Shown piece by piece: positions 46,855 to 56,614 of a DNA stretch of 64,000 nucleotides (the stretch's first letter is position 1; every line of letters starts with the position of its first letter). A program made the position numbers and the translations under genes. The notes beneath the pieces are model-generated. The model made no database searches. It was not told the origin of the DNA and worked only from the letters and a program-made list of their open reading frames with translations. The stretch is from an uncultured Desulfospira sp. (GTDB lineage Bacteria > Desulfobacterota > Desulfobacteria > Desulfobacterales > Desulfobacteraceae): the NCBI GenBank assembly GCA_963663165.1, contig OY760175.1, positions 480,001 through 544,000 of the forward strand, given 5' to 3'.

Positions 46855-47265
46855 AAGATTATCCAGATTATCATACAAGGCAGCCTCTATTTTAAAGGTT
46901 TGTTCCGGTAAAAACTATGCTTTTTTCTAAATAAAGGTTCGGATGTATAAAAAAAGAGACCGGAAATCGCACGCTTCAGGTTTACGCATTCCGGCCTGGG
47001 GTCTTCTTTCTTCAGGCCTCCTTCAGCTTAATTTGTAAGGCACTCCTTAAGGTGGGCGGAATTCCCCGGTTTTATGCAAGGTTACCATATTGTAATGTAA
47101 GGCTTTGATTAGCTAAATGAACCCTGAGGGCGCAAAACCGGCTAATATCATTGAAACACCCGGCCCGGCTTGTATTCTGCGCAGCCCTAAGGGTTCTTTA
47201 CTTGGTCCATAAATAGTGGTAAGAGTTCTCAATATTTGGTTTTCACGAATAATAGAGAGTATTCC

Positions 47266-47760
47266 ATGAGTAATGTTTATTTAAAACCCGTTGGCGCCAG
47301 ACTTGGGAAGACCCTGCCGGAAAGGTTGATTACCGGTAATAAAGGGTTTTCTTTTCTTGAATTGATGGTGGTTGTGGTTATCCTGGGAATTCTGGCCACC
47401 TATGTTGCCCCCAGATTTCTAGGGCGGACCGATGATGCCAAGATCGTCAAGGCCAAACTTGATATCTCCTCCATTGAAACGGCGCTCAAGCTGTACAAGC
47501 TGGATAACGGCAATTATCCCACAACAGAACAGGGGCTTCAGGCATTGGTGGAAAAACCAGCCTCCGAGCCGGTCCCGACCAACTGGAGTGAAAAAGGGTA
47601 TCTGGAAAAAGGAAAAGTTGCCAAAGACCCCTGGGGCAAAGAGTATGTCTATCTGTCTCCGGGTGTGCATGACGATTATGATCTGCTCAGTTATGGGGCC
47701 GACGGTGCTTCCGGAGGCGAGGGGAAAAATTCGGATATCAACTCCTGGGAGCTTGAATAA
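47266..47760 (+). CDS. gspG: T2SS major pseudopilin
   Basis: GFSFLELMVV, LYKLDNGNYPTTEQGL, KDPWG, SYGADG. Confidence 0.96.
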   Translation: MSNVYLKPVGARLGKTLPERLITGNKGFSFLELMVVVVILGILATYVAPRFLGRTDDAKIVKAKLDISSIETALKLYKLDNGNYPTTEQGLQALVEKPASEPVPTNWSEKGYLEKGKVAKDPWGKEYVYLSPGVHDDYDLLSYGADGASGGEGKNSDINSWELE

Positions 47761-47763
47761 CCG

Positions 47764-48339
47764 GTGCCGGCCCCCCAACGCCAAACCTTTAAACACCCCC
47801 TGCCTGTGAGGGCGGATTGCTTTTTTAAGCGGGTTCCGGAGGGAAGAACTGCCGGGTTTACGCTGATTGAGCTGATCGTGGTGTTAAGCATTCTGGCCGG
47901 GCTTTTGGTATTTTCACTGCCGGTGTTCAGGAAAGTTGACCTGTTTTCCAATACCGACACCCAGGCCGGACAGATCGCCCGGTTGGTCAATGACCTGAAA
48001 AACAGGGCAATGGAAAACAATACCGACATTATTTTGCATGTGGAAACCGCTGGCCAGACGATCTGGGTCAGTACCCAGGGCATGGATGAAGACGCATTGG
48101 AAGAGGCCAGGAGCAACGGATTTTCCCTTCCCGACGGTCTGGTGATTCTGGATGTGGAATTTCCTGATGCTAAACAAAGTTCAGCTGATTATCAGATCCG
48201 GTTCCGCAAACAGGGCTACTCTGATTTTGCCCTGATCCATATGAACAACGGTGAAGATAATTTGACTTTGAAAATCGAGCCTTTTATTTCAAAGGCCCTG
48301 CTTTTGGATGAACATGTTTCCTTTGAGGACTGTATCTGA
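47764..48339 (+). CDS. gspH: T2SS minor pseudopilin H
   Basis: GFTLIELIVV; position after gspG. Confidence 0.8.
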   Translation: MPAPQRQTFKHPLPVRADCFFKRVPEGRTAGFTLIELIVVLSILAGLLVFSLPVFRKVDLFSNTDTQAGQIARLVNDLKNRAMENNTDIILHVETAGQTIWVSTQGMDEDALEEARSNGFSLPDGLVILDVEFPDAKQSSADYQIRFRKQGYSDFALIHMNNGEDNLTLKIEPFISKALLLDEHVSFEDCI

Positions 48340-48778
48340 CGTTTGCCGGGGTTCGAAGGGATTCCGATCCCATGGTTCCCCGCCTGCCGCCCAAGGATTT
48401 ACCCTTCTTGAGGTTATGATTGCCGTCTCCATTATTGCCCTGGTGTTTGTCTCCGTTTTCCGGATGGTGTCGGGCACTGTCCGGCTGGCCCAGGCCGGCA
48501 GGTTCAATACCATGGCACCGGTGCTGGCATCACAGGTTTTGGGGCAGATTGAGCTGGACCTTGAGGATTTTACCCAGACCTCGGGGGATTTCGGGGAAGA
48601 CCAACCCGGGTATAAGTGGACATGCAGCATCTCAGAGCAGGAACTGGACCTGGATGCACTGGATTTTATCGACAAGGAAAAGAGTGAAAATTTTAAGAAA
48701 ATTGTCGTCACCGTTATGGACAATCAGGAAGAGCGCAAATTCGAGGTAACCACATGGAGGTATGTTTTTGAAGAATAG
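48308..48778 (+). CDS. gspI: T2SS minor pseudopilin I (start uncertain)
   Basis: GFTLLEVMIA; position in cluster. Confidence 0.8.
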   Translation: MNMFPLRTVSDVCRGSKGFRSHGSPPAAQGFTLLEVMIAVSIIALVFVSVFRMVSGTVRLAQAGRFNTMAPVLASQVLGQIELDLEDFTQTSGDFGEDQPGYKWTCSISEQELDLDALDFIDKEKSENFKKIVVTVMDNQEERKFEVTTWRYVFEE

Positions 48779-49463
48779 ACCTTCCATGGCGGCAGACAGC
48801 GGGTTCACCCTGTTGGAAATCCTTATTGCCGTGGTGCTGCTGTCCATTGTGATGACCGCATTGTTTTCCTCTTTCAGGGCCTTTGCCCTGTCCAGCGACA
48901 AGATCAAAAACGACATCACCCGGGATGAAAGAATTCAAGGGGCGTTGAAACGGATTCAACTGGACCTTCAAGGGCTGTTTGTGCTTCAGGAACCCCGGTA
49001 TCAAAAACCCGAATTCAACGATGACCCCGATCCTTTCAGGTTTATCTGTGAAAATGAAAGCATTGACGGGCACACTGCGGCCACCCTGGTATTTGCATCC
49101 CTGGCCCATGCCTGTACCGGATCAGATTCCCGTTCCGGGGTGGCAAGGATCGCCTATTACGTGAAAAAAGATAAAGACAATAAATATAACCTTTACCGGG
49201 CCGATGCCCTGTATCCGTTTCCCGATGAAGTTCAATCCTGTGCCGATCCCATACTCTGCCGTGATATTACCGGATTTGAAGCAACCTTTACCAATGCCGG
49301 CGGGGATGAATATGAAACCTGGAACTCGGATGATGACGAATTTGATTATGTGGTCCCTTCCGGGGTGAATTTGAAAATCACCTTTGCTCCGGATTCCAAC
49401 GGCCAGGAACAGGTTTTTCAAACCTTTATTCTCATTGCTTCAGGAAGGGATGCCATTGAATAA
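48762..49463 (+). CDS. gspJ: T2SS minor pseudopilin J
   Basis: GFTLLEILIA, RIQLDL; position in cluster. Confidence 0.82.
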   Translation: MFLKNRPSMAADSGFTLLEILIAVVLLSIVMTALFSSFRAFALSSDKIKNDITRDERIQGALKRIQLDLQGLFVLQEPRYQKPEFNDDPDPFRFICENESIDGHTAATLVFASLAHACTGSDSRSGVARIAYYVKKDKDNKYNLYRADALYPFPDEVQSCADPILCRDITGFEATFTNAGGDEYETWNSDDDEFDYVVPSGVNLKITFAPDSNGQEQVFQTFILIASGRDAIE

Positions 49464-50655
49464 GACAGCCGCCAAAACCTTCACAGACCCGGTTCAGGAC
49501 GAACACCGGTGTCGTGGAAACCGGTTCAATCCCTGGCAGATTCTGAACAATGACAGGGGCGTGGCCCTGCTCATTACCCTGGGGGTGGTGGCTGTTCTGG
49601 TGGCCGGGGCCCTTCAGCTGGGCAAATTTACCGGTGATTCGGTCATGGAAGGCCTGGTCCTGAAAGACCGGTTCAAGGCCGAGCAGATGGCCCGGTCCGG
49701 CATTGAGCTGGCCAGGATGATCCTGGCTCAGGACGCGGAAAAAACCGATGTGGATTCTATCCAGGAAGACTGGGCCGATCCGGAAAAACTGAATATGGCC
49801 GCTGCCCTGATGATGGGAAAGGAAGGGGTTCTTGAAATTAAAATTACAGATGAACTTTCCAAGATTCAGGTCAACGCCCTGATCAGTGAATACCCGGGAA
49901 ACCAGATCAACTCGGACCAGCAGCGGATTTTAGAAAATTTTTTTAACCTTCGGTTTTCCAGTGACAAGTCCGGGGATGAAAGAGATGCCTCTGAAATTAT
50001 CAACTGCATGAAGGACTGGCTGGATGCCAATGATGATGATACGGTGTCCGGGCTGACCGGAGCGGAATCGGATTATTATCAAAAGCTTGATCCCTCCTAT
50101 GAGTGCGCCAACGGTCCCTTTAACCGGATCGAGGAATTGTTCAGCGTCAAAGGGGTGACATCGGATGTGCTGGCCAATGCCAATGAGGATGATGAAGAAG
50201 CCGACGAAGAGGCAGACACCAACGCCCCGGAGCAGCTGGGCGACTATTTTACCGTGTATGGATTAAATAATGATAAAGGGGAGCAGGGCGGTTTTCAGTA
50301 TACCGGGAAAGTGAATATCAACACCGCAGGCCTGGCAGTGCTTGAAGCCCTGCTGCCGGAGGGGATGGAAGACATGGCGGCCGACATTGTGGACTTCAGG
50401 CAGGAACGGACCGAAGATGACGATGCCTATGTCAATGCCCTTGACAAGGGGTGGTATAAAAGCGTTATTTCTTTGTCGGAAACTGAACAAAAGGCCGTGG
50501 ATAATCTGATCACCTACTCAAGTGATCTTTTCCGGGTGGACACCATTGCCCGGGAAAACAATTCTCAGGTGGGGCTGACGGCCATTCTCAAAAGGGAAAA
50601 AGCTCAGGAATCTAAGAAATGGATGTGCCGGATTATACAGCTGGAAAGGATATAG
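49450..50655 (+). CDS. gspK: T2SS minor pseudopilin K
   Basis: RGVALL, DWLDAND, GAESDYY, NGPFNRIEEL, KVNINTA. Confidence 0.92.
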   Translation: MPLNKTAAKTFTDPVQDEHRCRGNRFNPWQILNNDRGVALLITLGVVAVLVAGALQLGKFTGDSVMEGLVLKDRFKAEQMARSGIELARMILAQDAEKTDVDSIQEDWADPEKLNMAAALMMGKEGVLEIKITDELSKIQVNALISEYPGNQINSDQQRILENFFNLRFSSDKSGDERDASEIINCMKDWLDANDDDTVSGLTGAESDYYQKLDPSYECANGPFNRIEELFSVKGVTSDVLANANEDDEEADEEADTNAPEQLGDYFTVYGLNNDKGEQGGFQYTGKVNINTAGLAVLEALLPEGMEDMAADIVDFRQERTEDDDAYVNALDKGWYKSVISLSETEQKAVDNLITYSSDLFRVDTIARENNSQVGLTAILKREKAQESKKWMCRIIQLERI

Positions 50656-50658
50656 GGA

Positions 50659-52086
50659 ATGGACGGTCCGATGTTACGCCTTGATTTGAGTGACCATGGG
50701 ATCACGGCCTGGGTGGAGGACCGGGGCGGTTCCGCCTTGGGCCAGGAACCCGTCTCTATTTTATTTGAAGACCTGCCCGAACCTTTGGAAACACCCCGGG
50801 ACCTTGAACAAACCACAGATCCCTTTGACCGGGCCATGGAAATCATGGGATCCCGCCTGGATCTGTCCCCATGCAGCCGGGCCGTTATTGAGGTGCCGTC
50901 GGTCTGGGTCAGTTTCAGGGCAGCCGACCTTCCCTTTACATCGCCCAAAAAGATCCGGCAGGTGCTGGAATTTGAGTTGGAACCCCTCCTTCCCATAAGC
51001 CATGAAGCTTATATTTCAGATTTTTTGCCTTTAAAAAGCAAACCTGGGGCCGGCCCGCTTCTAACGGCATCCATCGCAGAATCCAGGATTGAACAAATCT
51101 GTGACTGCCTTACCGGTTATGGCATTAAACCCCATCTGATTATTCCCAAGGGCTACACGGCCGCTGTCAGGATGCTCCCGGGCCTTGACCCGGACAAAAA
51201 CCATGCCCTTCTTTTCGTGACAAAACAAGAGGTCATTATGATATTGGCCTGCAGCGGGGTCCCTTGCGCTGTCCGGTCCTTTCGGGGGGCCGGAGTATCC
51301 TTTGAATCCATCTGTTTTAAGCTTAAACAGACCATTATGGGTTTCAATCAGCAGCGGGGAACCAAACTGTTTTTTAATATTCTGGTCTGCTCTCAACGCA
51401 GCACGGCTCAGGAAGATCTGAACGCCTGTGAATCTGTCTTTGATGCCAGGGCAGTGGCTGCCGCCGAAAATTTTGACGGCCTGACCCTGCCGGAAATGGC
51501 GTTGCTAAGAAAACAAAAGTTGCTGTTCAATTTCTGCCAGGGGATTTACGGGGCCACATCCCCCATAAAAAAACATTTGAGCGCCATTATCACCACCACG
51601 GTTTTGCTGGTTCTGGTATTCGGCTTTTTCATGGCCGGCACGGCCATGGACAGCGCCAGATTATCTGACCGGATTGCCGCCATTGATGCCCGGGCCATGG
51701 AAATTTACAGACAATCCTTTCCCAAACAAAAAACCATCCAGGACCCGTATCTTCAGATGAAGGCCAACGTCAAAGCGGCCCTCAAGCAGTCGTCCGCCAA
51801 TGGAAAGGATTCATCCGATACCGTGGCCTTTAAAACCGTTGAAATCATCAACTCCCTTTCAACGGCCATTGATTCATCCATTGATGTGGATATATCCAGA
51901 TTTTTATACAACAGCGGGAAAATTGTTTTGTCCGGCTCAACTGACAATTTCAACAACGTGAACAACATTAAAAGCAAGATAGAAGCGGTTCCCATGTTCA
52001 AAACAGTGGAAATCAGCAGTGCTGCCGCTGATAAAAAGGATAAGCAGGAAAATCGGGTTAATTTTAAATTTATCATAGAAATGTGA
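50659..52086 (+). CDS. gspL: T2SS inner-membrane platform protein L
   Basis: LPFTSPKKIRQVLEFELEP; single TM; C-term ferredoxin-like region. Confidence 0.85.
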   Translation: MDGPMLRLDLSDHGITAWVEDRGGSALGQEPVSILFEDLPEPLETPRDLEQTTDPFDRAMEIMGSRLDLSPCSRAVIEVPSVWVSFRAADLPFTSPKKIRQVLEFELEPLLPISHEAYISDFLPLKSKPGAGPLLTASIAESRIEQICDCLTGYGIKPHLIIPKGYTAAVRMLPGLDPDKNHALLFVTKQEVIMILACSGVPCAVRSFRGAGVSFESICFKLKQTIMGFNQQRGTKLFFNILVCSQRSTAQEDLNACESVFDARAVAAAENFDGLTLPEMALLRKQKLLFNFCQGIYGATSPIKKHLSAIITTTVLLVLVFGFFMAGTAMDSARLSDRIAAIDARAMEIYRQSFPKQKTIQDPYLQMKANVKAALKQSSANGKDSSDTVAFKTVEIINSLSTAIDSSIDVDISRFLYNSGKIVLSGSTDNFNNVNNIKSKIEAVPMFKTVEISSAAADKKDKQENRVNFKFIIEM

Positions 52087-52628
52087 TCTTTATGCCGAAC
52101 CTTTCAAAACGTGAAATAATGGTCTTAAGCCTTGGCGTCGGCTTTCTGGTGATTTTTTTCGGGATTCAGCTGGGCATTGCCCCGGTGTTTGAAAAGCGGG
52201 ACAATCTGACCCGGATCCTGTTTGACCGGCAAAAGGGCCTGGAGGAAATGACCCTGTTAAGCCGGCAATATGCCAAGGCAGTGGGAAGCCAGGACCTTCA
52301 TGCCGGGGATCTGGCCCGCAGAACAAAAGGATTTTCCCTGTTTTCCTTTTTAGACACCCAGGCCGAACAAAGCGGGGTAAAGGCCAATGTGGCCTATATG
52401 AAGCCCTTTACCCGGAAACTGGATAAATCCGAGCATTCCCTTTCCACGGTTAAGGTCAAACTGACCGGGGTTTACCTTAAAAACCTGATGGATTTTCTTT
52501 TCAGGATTGAATCATCCGCCAATGCCGTTGACATCACCTCCCTTTCGTTGACAAAGACAGGAAAAGAACAAAAAACCATGGATGCGGTTATTGAAACCCA
52601 AACCCTGATGCTCAAGGACACCCCCTAA
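52083..52628 (+). CDS. gspM: T2SS protein M
   Basis: LSKRE + TM; LKNLMDFLFRIE; follows gspL. Confidence 0.8.
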   Translation: MIFMPNLSKREIMVLSLGVGFLVIFFGIQLGIAPVFEKRDNLTRILFDRQKGLEEMTLLSRQYAKAVGSQDLHAGDLARRTKGFSLFSFLDTQAEQSGVKANVAYMKPFTRKLDKSEHSLSTVKVKLTGVYLKNLMDFLFRIESSANAVDITSLSLTKTGKEQKTMDAVIETQTLMLKDTP

Positions 52629-52629
52629 C

Positions 52630-53538
52630 ATGACATTAAAATCCATATGGCTTTATTTGCTGGTGTTTATTGTGGCGTTTATGGTGTTTGCCTTTGTCAG
52701 TTTTCCCGCCTCCAGGGCCGGCCGTTATGTGGAGGAAATCCTGAATGCCGGTGATTCCGTTGTGAGCTTCAGCATCGGGGCTGTCCGTCCGGGCCTGCCC
52801 TTTAAGCTCAAATTTACCGATGTGGCACTTGAAACCTTCAATGGGCTTAACATCGTTCCTGACGGGGTTCAGGCCAGTGTCAGCCCGTTTTTCCTGTTGA
52901 ATTCCCAACAAGAAATTCATATTAAATCGAGCATTTACGGCGGACAGGTCAACGGGGTGTTTCAAACCCGGGGCAGCGAATTAAACGCCTTTTCCTGCAA
53001 GGCGTTGTCATGGACCCAAATTAATGTGGACCAGTATCAGTATAAAACCGGGCTTGGTTCGGTAACCCTTTCCTGTGAAATTCAAGGAGAATTCCTTTCA
53101 GATTCGCCGGAACCTTCGAATGCGGATAAGAAAGGCAGGCCCCGTAAGAAAACAAACGACGTCACCGGAAACGGCACCGCCCAGGTTTTAAATTTTCATT
53201 CTGAAATGAAGGACACCTGGCTGAATCTGATTTCCCTTCCCCAGGTGGATTTTGACCAGATCGGCATTGAATTTAAAAGCCTTCCCGGAAAGGTTGAGCT
53301 GACCCGGTGCACGGCAAGAGGACCGTTGATTAATGTGTCTTTAAAAGGGGACCTTGTCTTTGCTGTTCCCATGGAAAAAACCAGGCTGTCACTGAAAGGA
53401 AAAATCCTGGCGGATTCTCCCTATCTTGCCAAATTTGCAAACCGGGCCGAGGTCAAGTCAATGGCCGGAAACATCACCAAAAACGGAATTTCATTCTACA
53501 TAAAAGGGACTTTGGGATCTCCAAAAATCGGCATATGA
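52630..53538 (+). CDS. gspN: T2SS protein N
   Basis: N-term TM ending SFP; beta-rich; ends IKGTLGSPK. Confidence 0.78.
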   Translation: MTLKSIWLYLLVFIVAFMVFAFVSFPASRAGRYVEEILNAGDSVVSFSIGAVRPGLPFKLKFTDVALETFNGLNIVPDGVQASVSPFFLLNSQQEIHIKSSIYGGQVNGVFQTRGSELNAFSCKALSWTQINVDQYQYKTGLGSVTLSCEIQGEFLSDSPEPSNADKKGRPRKKTNDVTGNGTAQVLNFHSEMKDTWLNLISLPQVDFDQIGIEFKSLPGKVELTRCTARGPLINVSLKGDLVFAVPMEKTRLSLKGKILADSPYLAKFANRAEVKSMAGNITKNGISFYIKGTLGSPKIGI

Positions 53539-54527
53539 AACTTTTATTTACCGTCATACACGTCCTTTTGATCACCGCCGGGGCATATTTGTGTGTGGAT
53601 ATCATGTACAAACAGCTGATTCCTGAAAAGTGGACTGTCCCGGCATATGAACCATCAGGAAAGACGCCGGATCAGGCTGATCCAAAGGTGGCCGGCCCTA
53701 AAATGGACAAAAATCAATTTTTGCCGGTGATTAATCGAAATATTTTTAATGTGGAAGTTGAAGAGCCTGTGGTTGTGGTTGAAGAACAAAAGGCGGAACC
53801 GGAAGTGGATCTGGACCAACTCGAACATACCCAGCTTAAGATTTCCCTTTGGGGCACCGTGACCGGCAGTGATCCGGTATACGCCGTCATTGAAGATAAA
53901 AAAGAGCGCAAACAATCTTTATACGGCATCGGGGATACCATCCAGGAGGCCCAGATAAAGAAAATTATGCGCCGGAGCGTGGTCCTCAATTACAAAGGCA
54001 AGGACCAGATTCTGGAAATGATGGAAAAAGAGGAAAAGGGCGGCCCGGCAAGACGGTCGGCCTCTTCAAAGAAAAATACCCGGCGGCCGCCCAAGCCGGA
54101 CCTTCCCAGCAAGCCGCCGGGTATGGAGGAGCTGGCAGGGAATGACCAGTTGTCTTCGTTAATGAAACAGGTTAAGATCCGGCCCCATTTTTCTCAGGGG
54201 GAGCCTGACGGCCTTATGGTTTACGGGATCCGTCCCCAGTCCGTGTTCAGGCAGATCGGCATGAGAAACGGGGATATCATCACGGATATCAACGGAACCC
54301 AGATCACCACAGCGGATGATGCCCTGCAAATGTATGAGGAAATACAGGATGCTGACAGCGCCACCATCTCGGTTCTAAGGCGGGGCAAAGAAAAAGAGAT
54401 CGCCTTTGAAAAACAGGAAGACGGGCAGTATATAGCGGTGCCGGTTGAAAAAACGGAAAAAGCCGAAGAATCCGGAGAAGCGGAAGAACCTGAAGGTATC
54501 GAAGAACCTGAGGAAGAACAGCCGTAA
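53535..54527 (+). CDS. gspC: T2SS protein C with PDZ domain
   Basis: NRNIF, LWGTV..YAVI, GMRNGDIITDING. Confidence 0.88.
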   Translation: MKLLFTVIHVLLITAGAYLCVDIMYKQLIPEKWTVPAYEPSGKTPDQADPKVAGPKMDKNQFLPVINRNIFNVEVEEPVVVVEEQKAEPEVDLDQLEHTQLKISLWGTVTGSDPVYAVIEDKKERKQSLYGIGDTIQEAQIKKIMRRSVVLNYKGKDQILEMMEKEEKGGPARRSASSKKNTRRPPKPDLPSKPPGMEELAGNDQLSSLMKQVKIRPHFSQGEPDGLMVYGIRPQSVFRQIGMRNGDIITDINGTQITTADDALQMYEEIQDADSATISVLRRGKEKEIAFEKQEDGQYIAVPVEKTEKAEESGEAEEPEGIEEPEEEQP

Positions 54528-54592
54528 AAGCAATTAAAGCCAAAACAATAAAAGAAAGATAAGAAATAAACGCAATATTAGTGAGGAGATGA

Positions 54593-56611
54593 ATGATAAT
54601 GTTTAAATTTAGAAAATTGGTGCTGCCAATTTTTCTTATCTTTGCCATGGGCCTTACCCTGATGCTGTCTGCCCAAAATGGAATGGCAGCGGATCAGGAG
54701 AATCTTGAACCGGAAAGTGAACTGTCTGAAGACCAGGATTCCAAATATGTGTCCATTGACTTTAATAACGTTGATATCAACGTTTTTATCAAGTTCATGA
54801 GCAAGCTGACCGGCAAAAATTTTGTAGTGGATTCAAAGGTCAAAGGAAACGTTACCATTATTTCTCCTACCAAGATATCGGTAAACAACGCCTATAAGGT
54901 ATTTGAGTCTGTTTTGGACATCAACGGCTTTTCCATGGTGGAATCCGGGGCTGTAACAAAGATTATTCCAACACCCACGGCCAAAAGTGACAACTTAGAC
55001 ACCCGGGTGGTGACCCAGCCGGTACGGGAGGGAACCGCCAATGACCAGATCGTTACACGGATCGTCCCCCTGACCTATGCCGATGCCAGCGGGATCAAAA
55101 GCCTGTTCACCCCCCTGGTCCCCAAGGGCAGCGTTGTCTTATCCTATGATGACACCAATATGTTGATCATCACCGCCACCTTAAGCAGTATTGACCGGCT
55201 CATGAAAATCATCAAAACCATTGATGTGCAGTCCGTGGGCCAGAAAATATCCGTGATCCCGGTCCAGTTTGCCGATGCCGAAAAAATTGTCAAAAGCCTG
55301 TCTTCTGTGTTTACCGCCCAGGTCAAAAGCCGTAAAGGCTCCAAAAAAAGTTCGGCCAGCTCCCTTAAGTTTGTGGCCGATGAACGGACCAACTCGGTGA
55401 TCACCCTGGCCAGCAAAGTGGAGACCGAGCAGATCAGGGAACTGATCGAACTGCTGGACCGGGAAATGCCAAAGGGGGAGGAAAAAATCCGGGTTTATTA
55501 TCTTGAACACGCCATTGCTGAAGATCTGGTCGGGGTCCTTACGGAAATCCCTTCCAGCAGCAGTTCCAGCAAGAAAACCACCGAGGGCCAGAAAAAAGCC
55601 CCGCTCCTGTCCGACAGCATTAAAATCCTGGCAGATAAAGCCACCAACAGCCTGATCATCATGGCGGACAAAGAAGATTATCCGGTGCTGGAAGAGGTTA
55701 TTGCCAAACTCGATATCCCGAGAGCCATGGTCTATATCGAATGCCTGATCATGGAGGTGAATGTTACCAAAGGGCTGAGCATCGGCACTGAATGGGCCGC
55801 TGCCGGCGGAGATGAAGACAATACCGGAGTTGTCGGCGGTTTTGGCAGCGTGGGAGATGACGGATACTCCAACCTTTCCTCCCTCCAGGGCGGATCTCTT
55901 CCCCAGGGGTTTTCCGTGGGGGTGTTGGGAGAGACATTCTCTATCGGCGGGGTGGAGTTCCCCGGTATTTCAGCCGTGGTCAACGCTTACCAGAGTGATG
56001 AAGACGTCAATATTATTTCAACCCCTCAGATCCTGACCATGGAAAACGAGGAAGCCACCATTACCGTGGGCAAGAATGTTCCCTACCAGACCCGGTCGGC
56101 CGCCAGTGACGCCAGTGAAACCTACAGCTCCTACGAGTATAAGGACGTTGGCGTTACCTTGAAAATCACCCCCCAGATCAGCAAAGACCGGCTGGTCCGG
56201 CTCAATGTGTACCAGGAATTAACCAAGCTTACATCCGCCAGCGGTGCCACCTCTTCCGACCGTCCCACCACCCTAAAGAGGGAGATCGAAACCACTATTA
56301 TTGTTGAGGATGCCAACAGTGTGGTCATCGGCGGCCTGATTGATGAAAGTGTCAGCAACTCCAGCGGGCAGACCCCCTGCCTTGGCAGCGTCCCTTTTTT
56401 GGGATGGGCCTTTAAAAATACCTCAGAAGGCCTGGATAAAACCAATCTCTATGTTTTCTTAACCCCCAGGGTGGTGAAAAATCCCCTGGAAGCCAAGAAG
56501 ATTTACGATGAGAAGCAGACAAATATCAAGGCATTGGAAAGGGGCGAGATTATTCTTTACAATAAGTTGAACCGGATCCCCAAAGATGATGCCGGCCAAA
56601 CTCTGGAATAA
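54593..56611 (+). CDS. gspD: T2SS secretin
   Basis: IDFNNVDI, DERTNSVI, LDIPRAMVYIE, STPQILT, IGGLI, VPFLGWAF, TNLYVFLTPRVV. Confidence 0.96.
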   Translation: MIMFKFRKLVLPIFLIFAMGLTLMLSAQNGMAADQENLEPESELSEDQDSKYVSIDFNNVDINVFIKFMSKLTGKNFVVDSKVKGNVTIISPTKISVNNAYKVFESVLDINGFSMVESGAVTKIIPTPTAKSDNLDTRVVTQPVREGTANDQIVTRIVPLTYADASGIKSLFTPLVPKGSVVLSYDDTNMLIITATLSSIDRLMKIIKTIDVQSVGQKISVIPVQFADAEKIVKSLSSVFTAQVKSRKGSKKSSASSLKFVADERTNSVITLASKVETEQIRELIELLDREMPKGEEKIRVYYLEHAIAEDLVGVLTEIPSSSSSSKKTTEGQKKAPLLSDSIKILADKATNSLIIMADKEDYPVLEEVIAKLDIPRAMVYIECLIMEVNVTKGLSIGTEWAAAGGDEDNTGVVGGFGSVGDDGYSNLSSLQGGSLPQGFSVGVLGETFSIGGVEFPGISAVVNAYQSDEDVNIISTPQILTMENEEATITVGKNVPYQTRSAASDASETYSSYEYKDVGVTLKITPQISKDRLVRLNVYQELTKLTSASGATSSDRPTTLKREIETTIIVEDANSVVIGGLIDESVSNSSGQTPCLGSVPFLGWAFKNTSEGLDKTNLYVFLTPRVVKNPLEAKKIYDEKQTNIKALERGEIILYNKLNRIPKDDAGQTLE

Positions 56612-56614
56612 CCC

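Noticed and set aside
47119..47196. c-di-GMP-I riboswitch upstream of gspG
   Set aside because: GGCGCAAAACC is suggestive, but the GGCAAAC and GAAA-tetraloop stem are missing; only an imperfect inverted repeat is supported.
40906..47265. Duplicated tRNA 3' end (distal att site)
   Set aside because: No copy of TTCAAATCC...CCCCGC found by eye, so the right boundary is inferred only from the integrase remnant.
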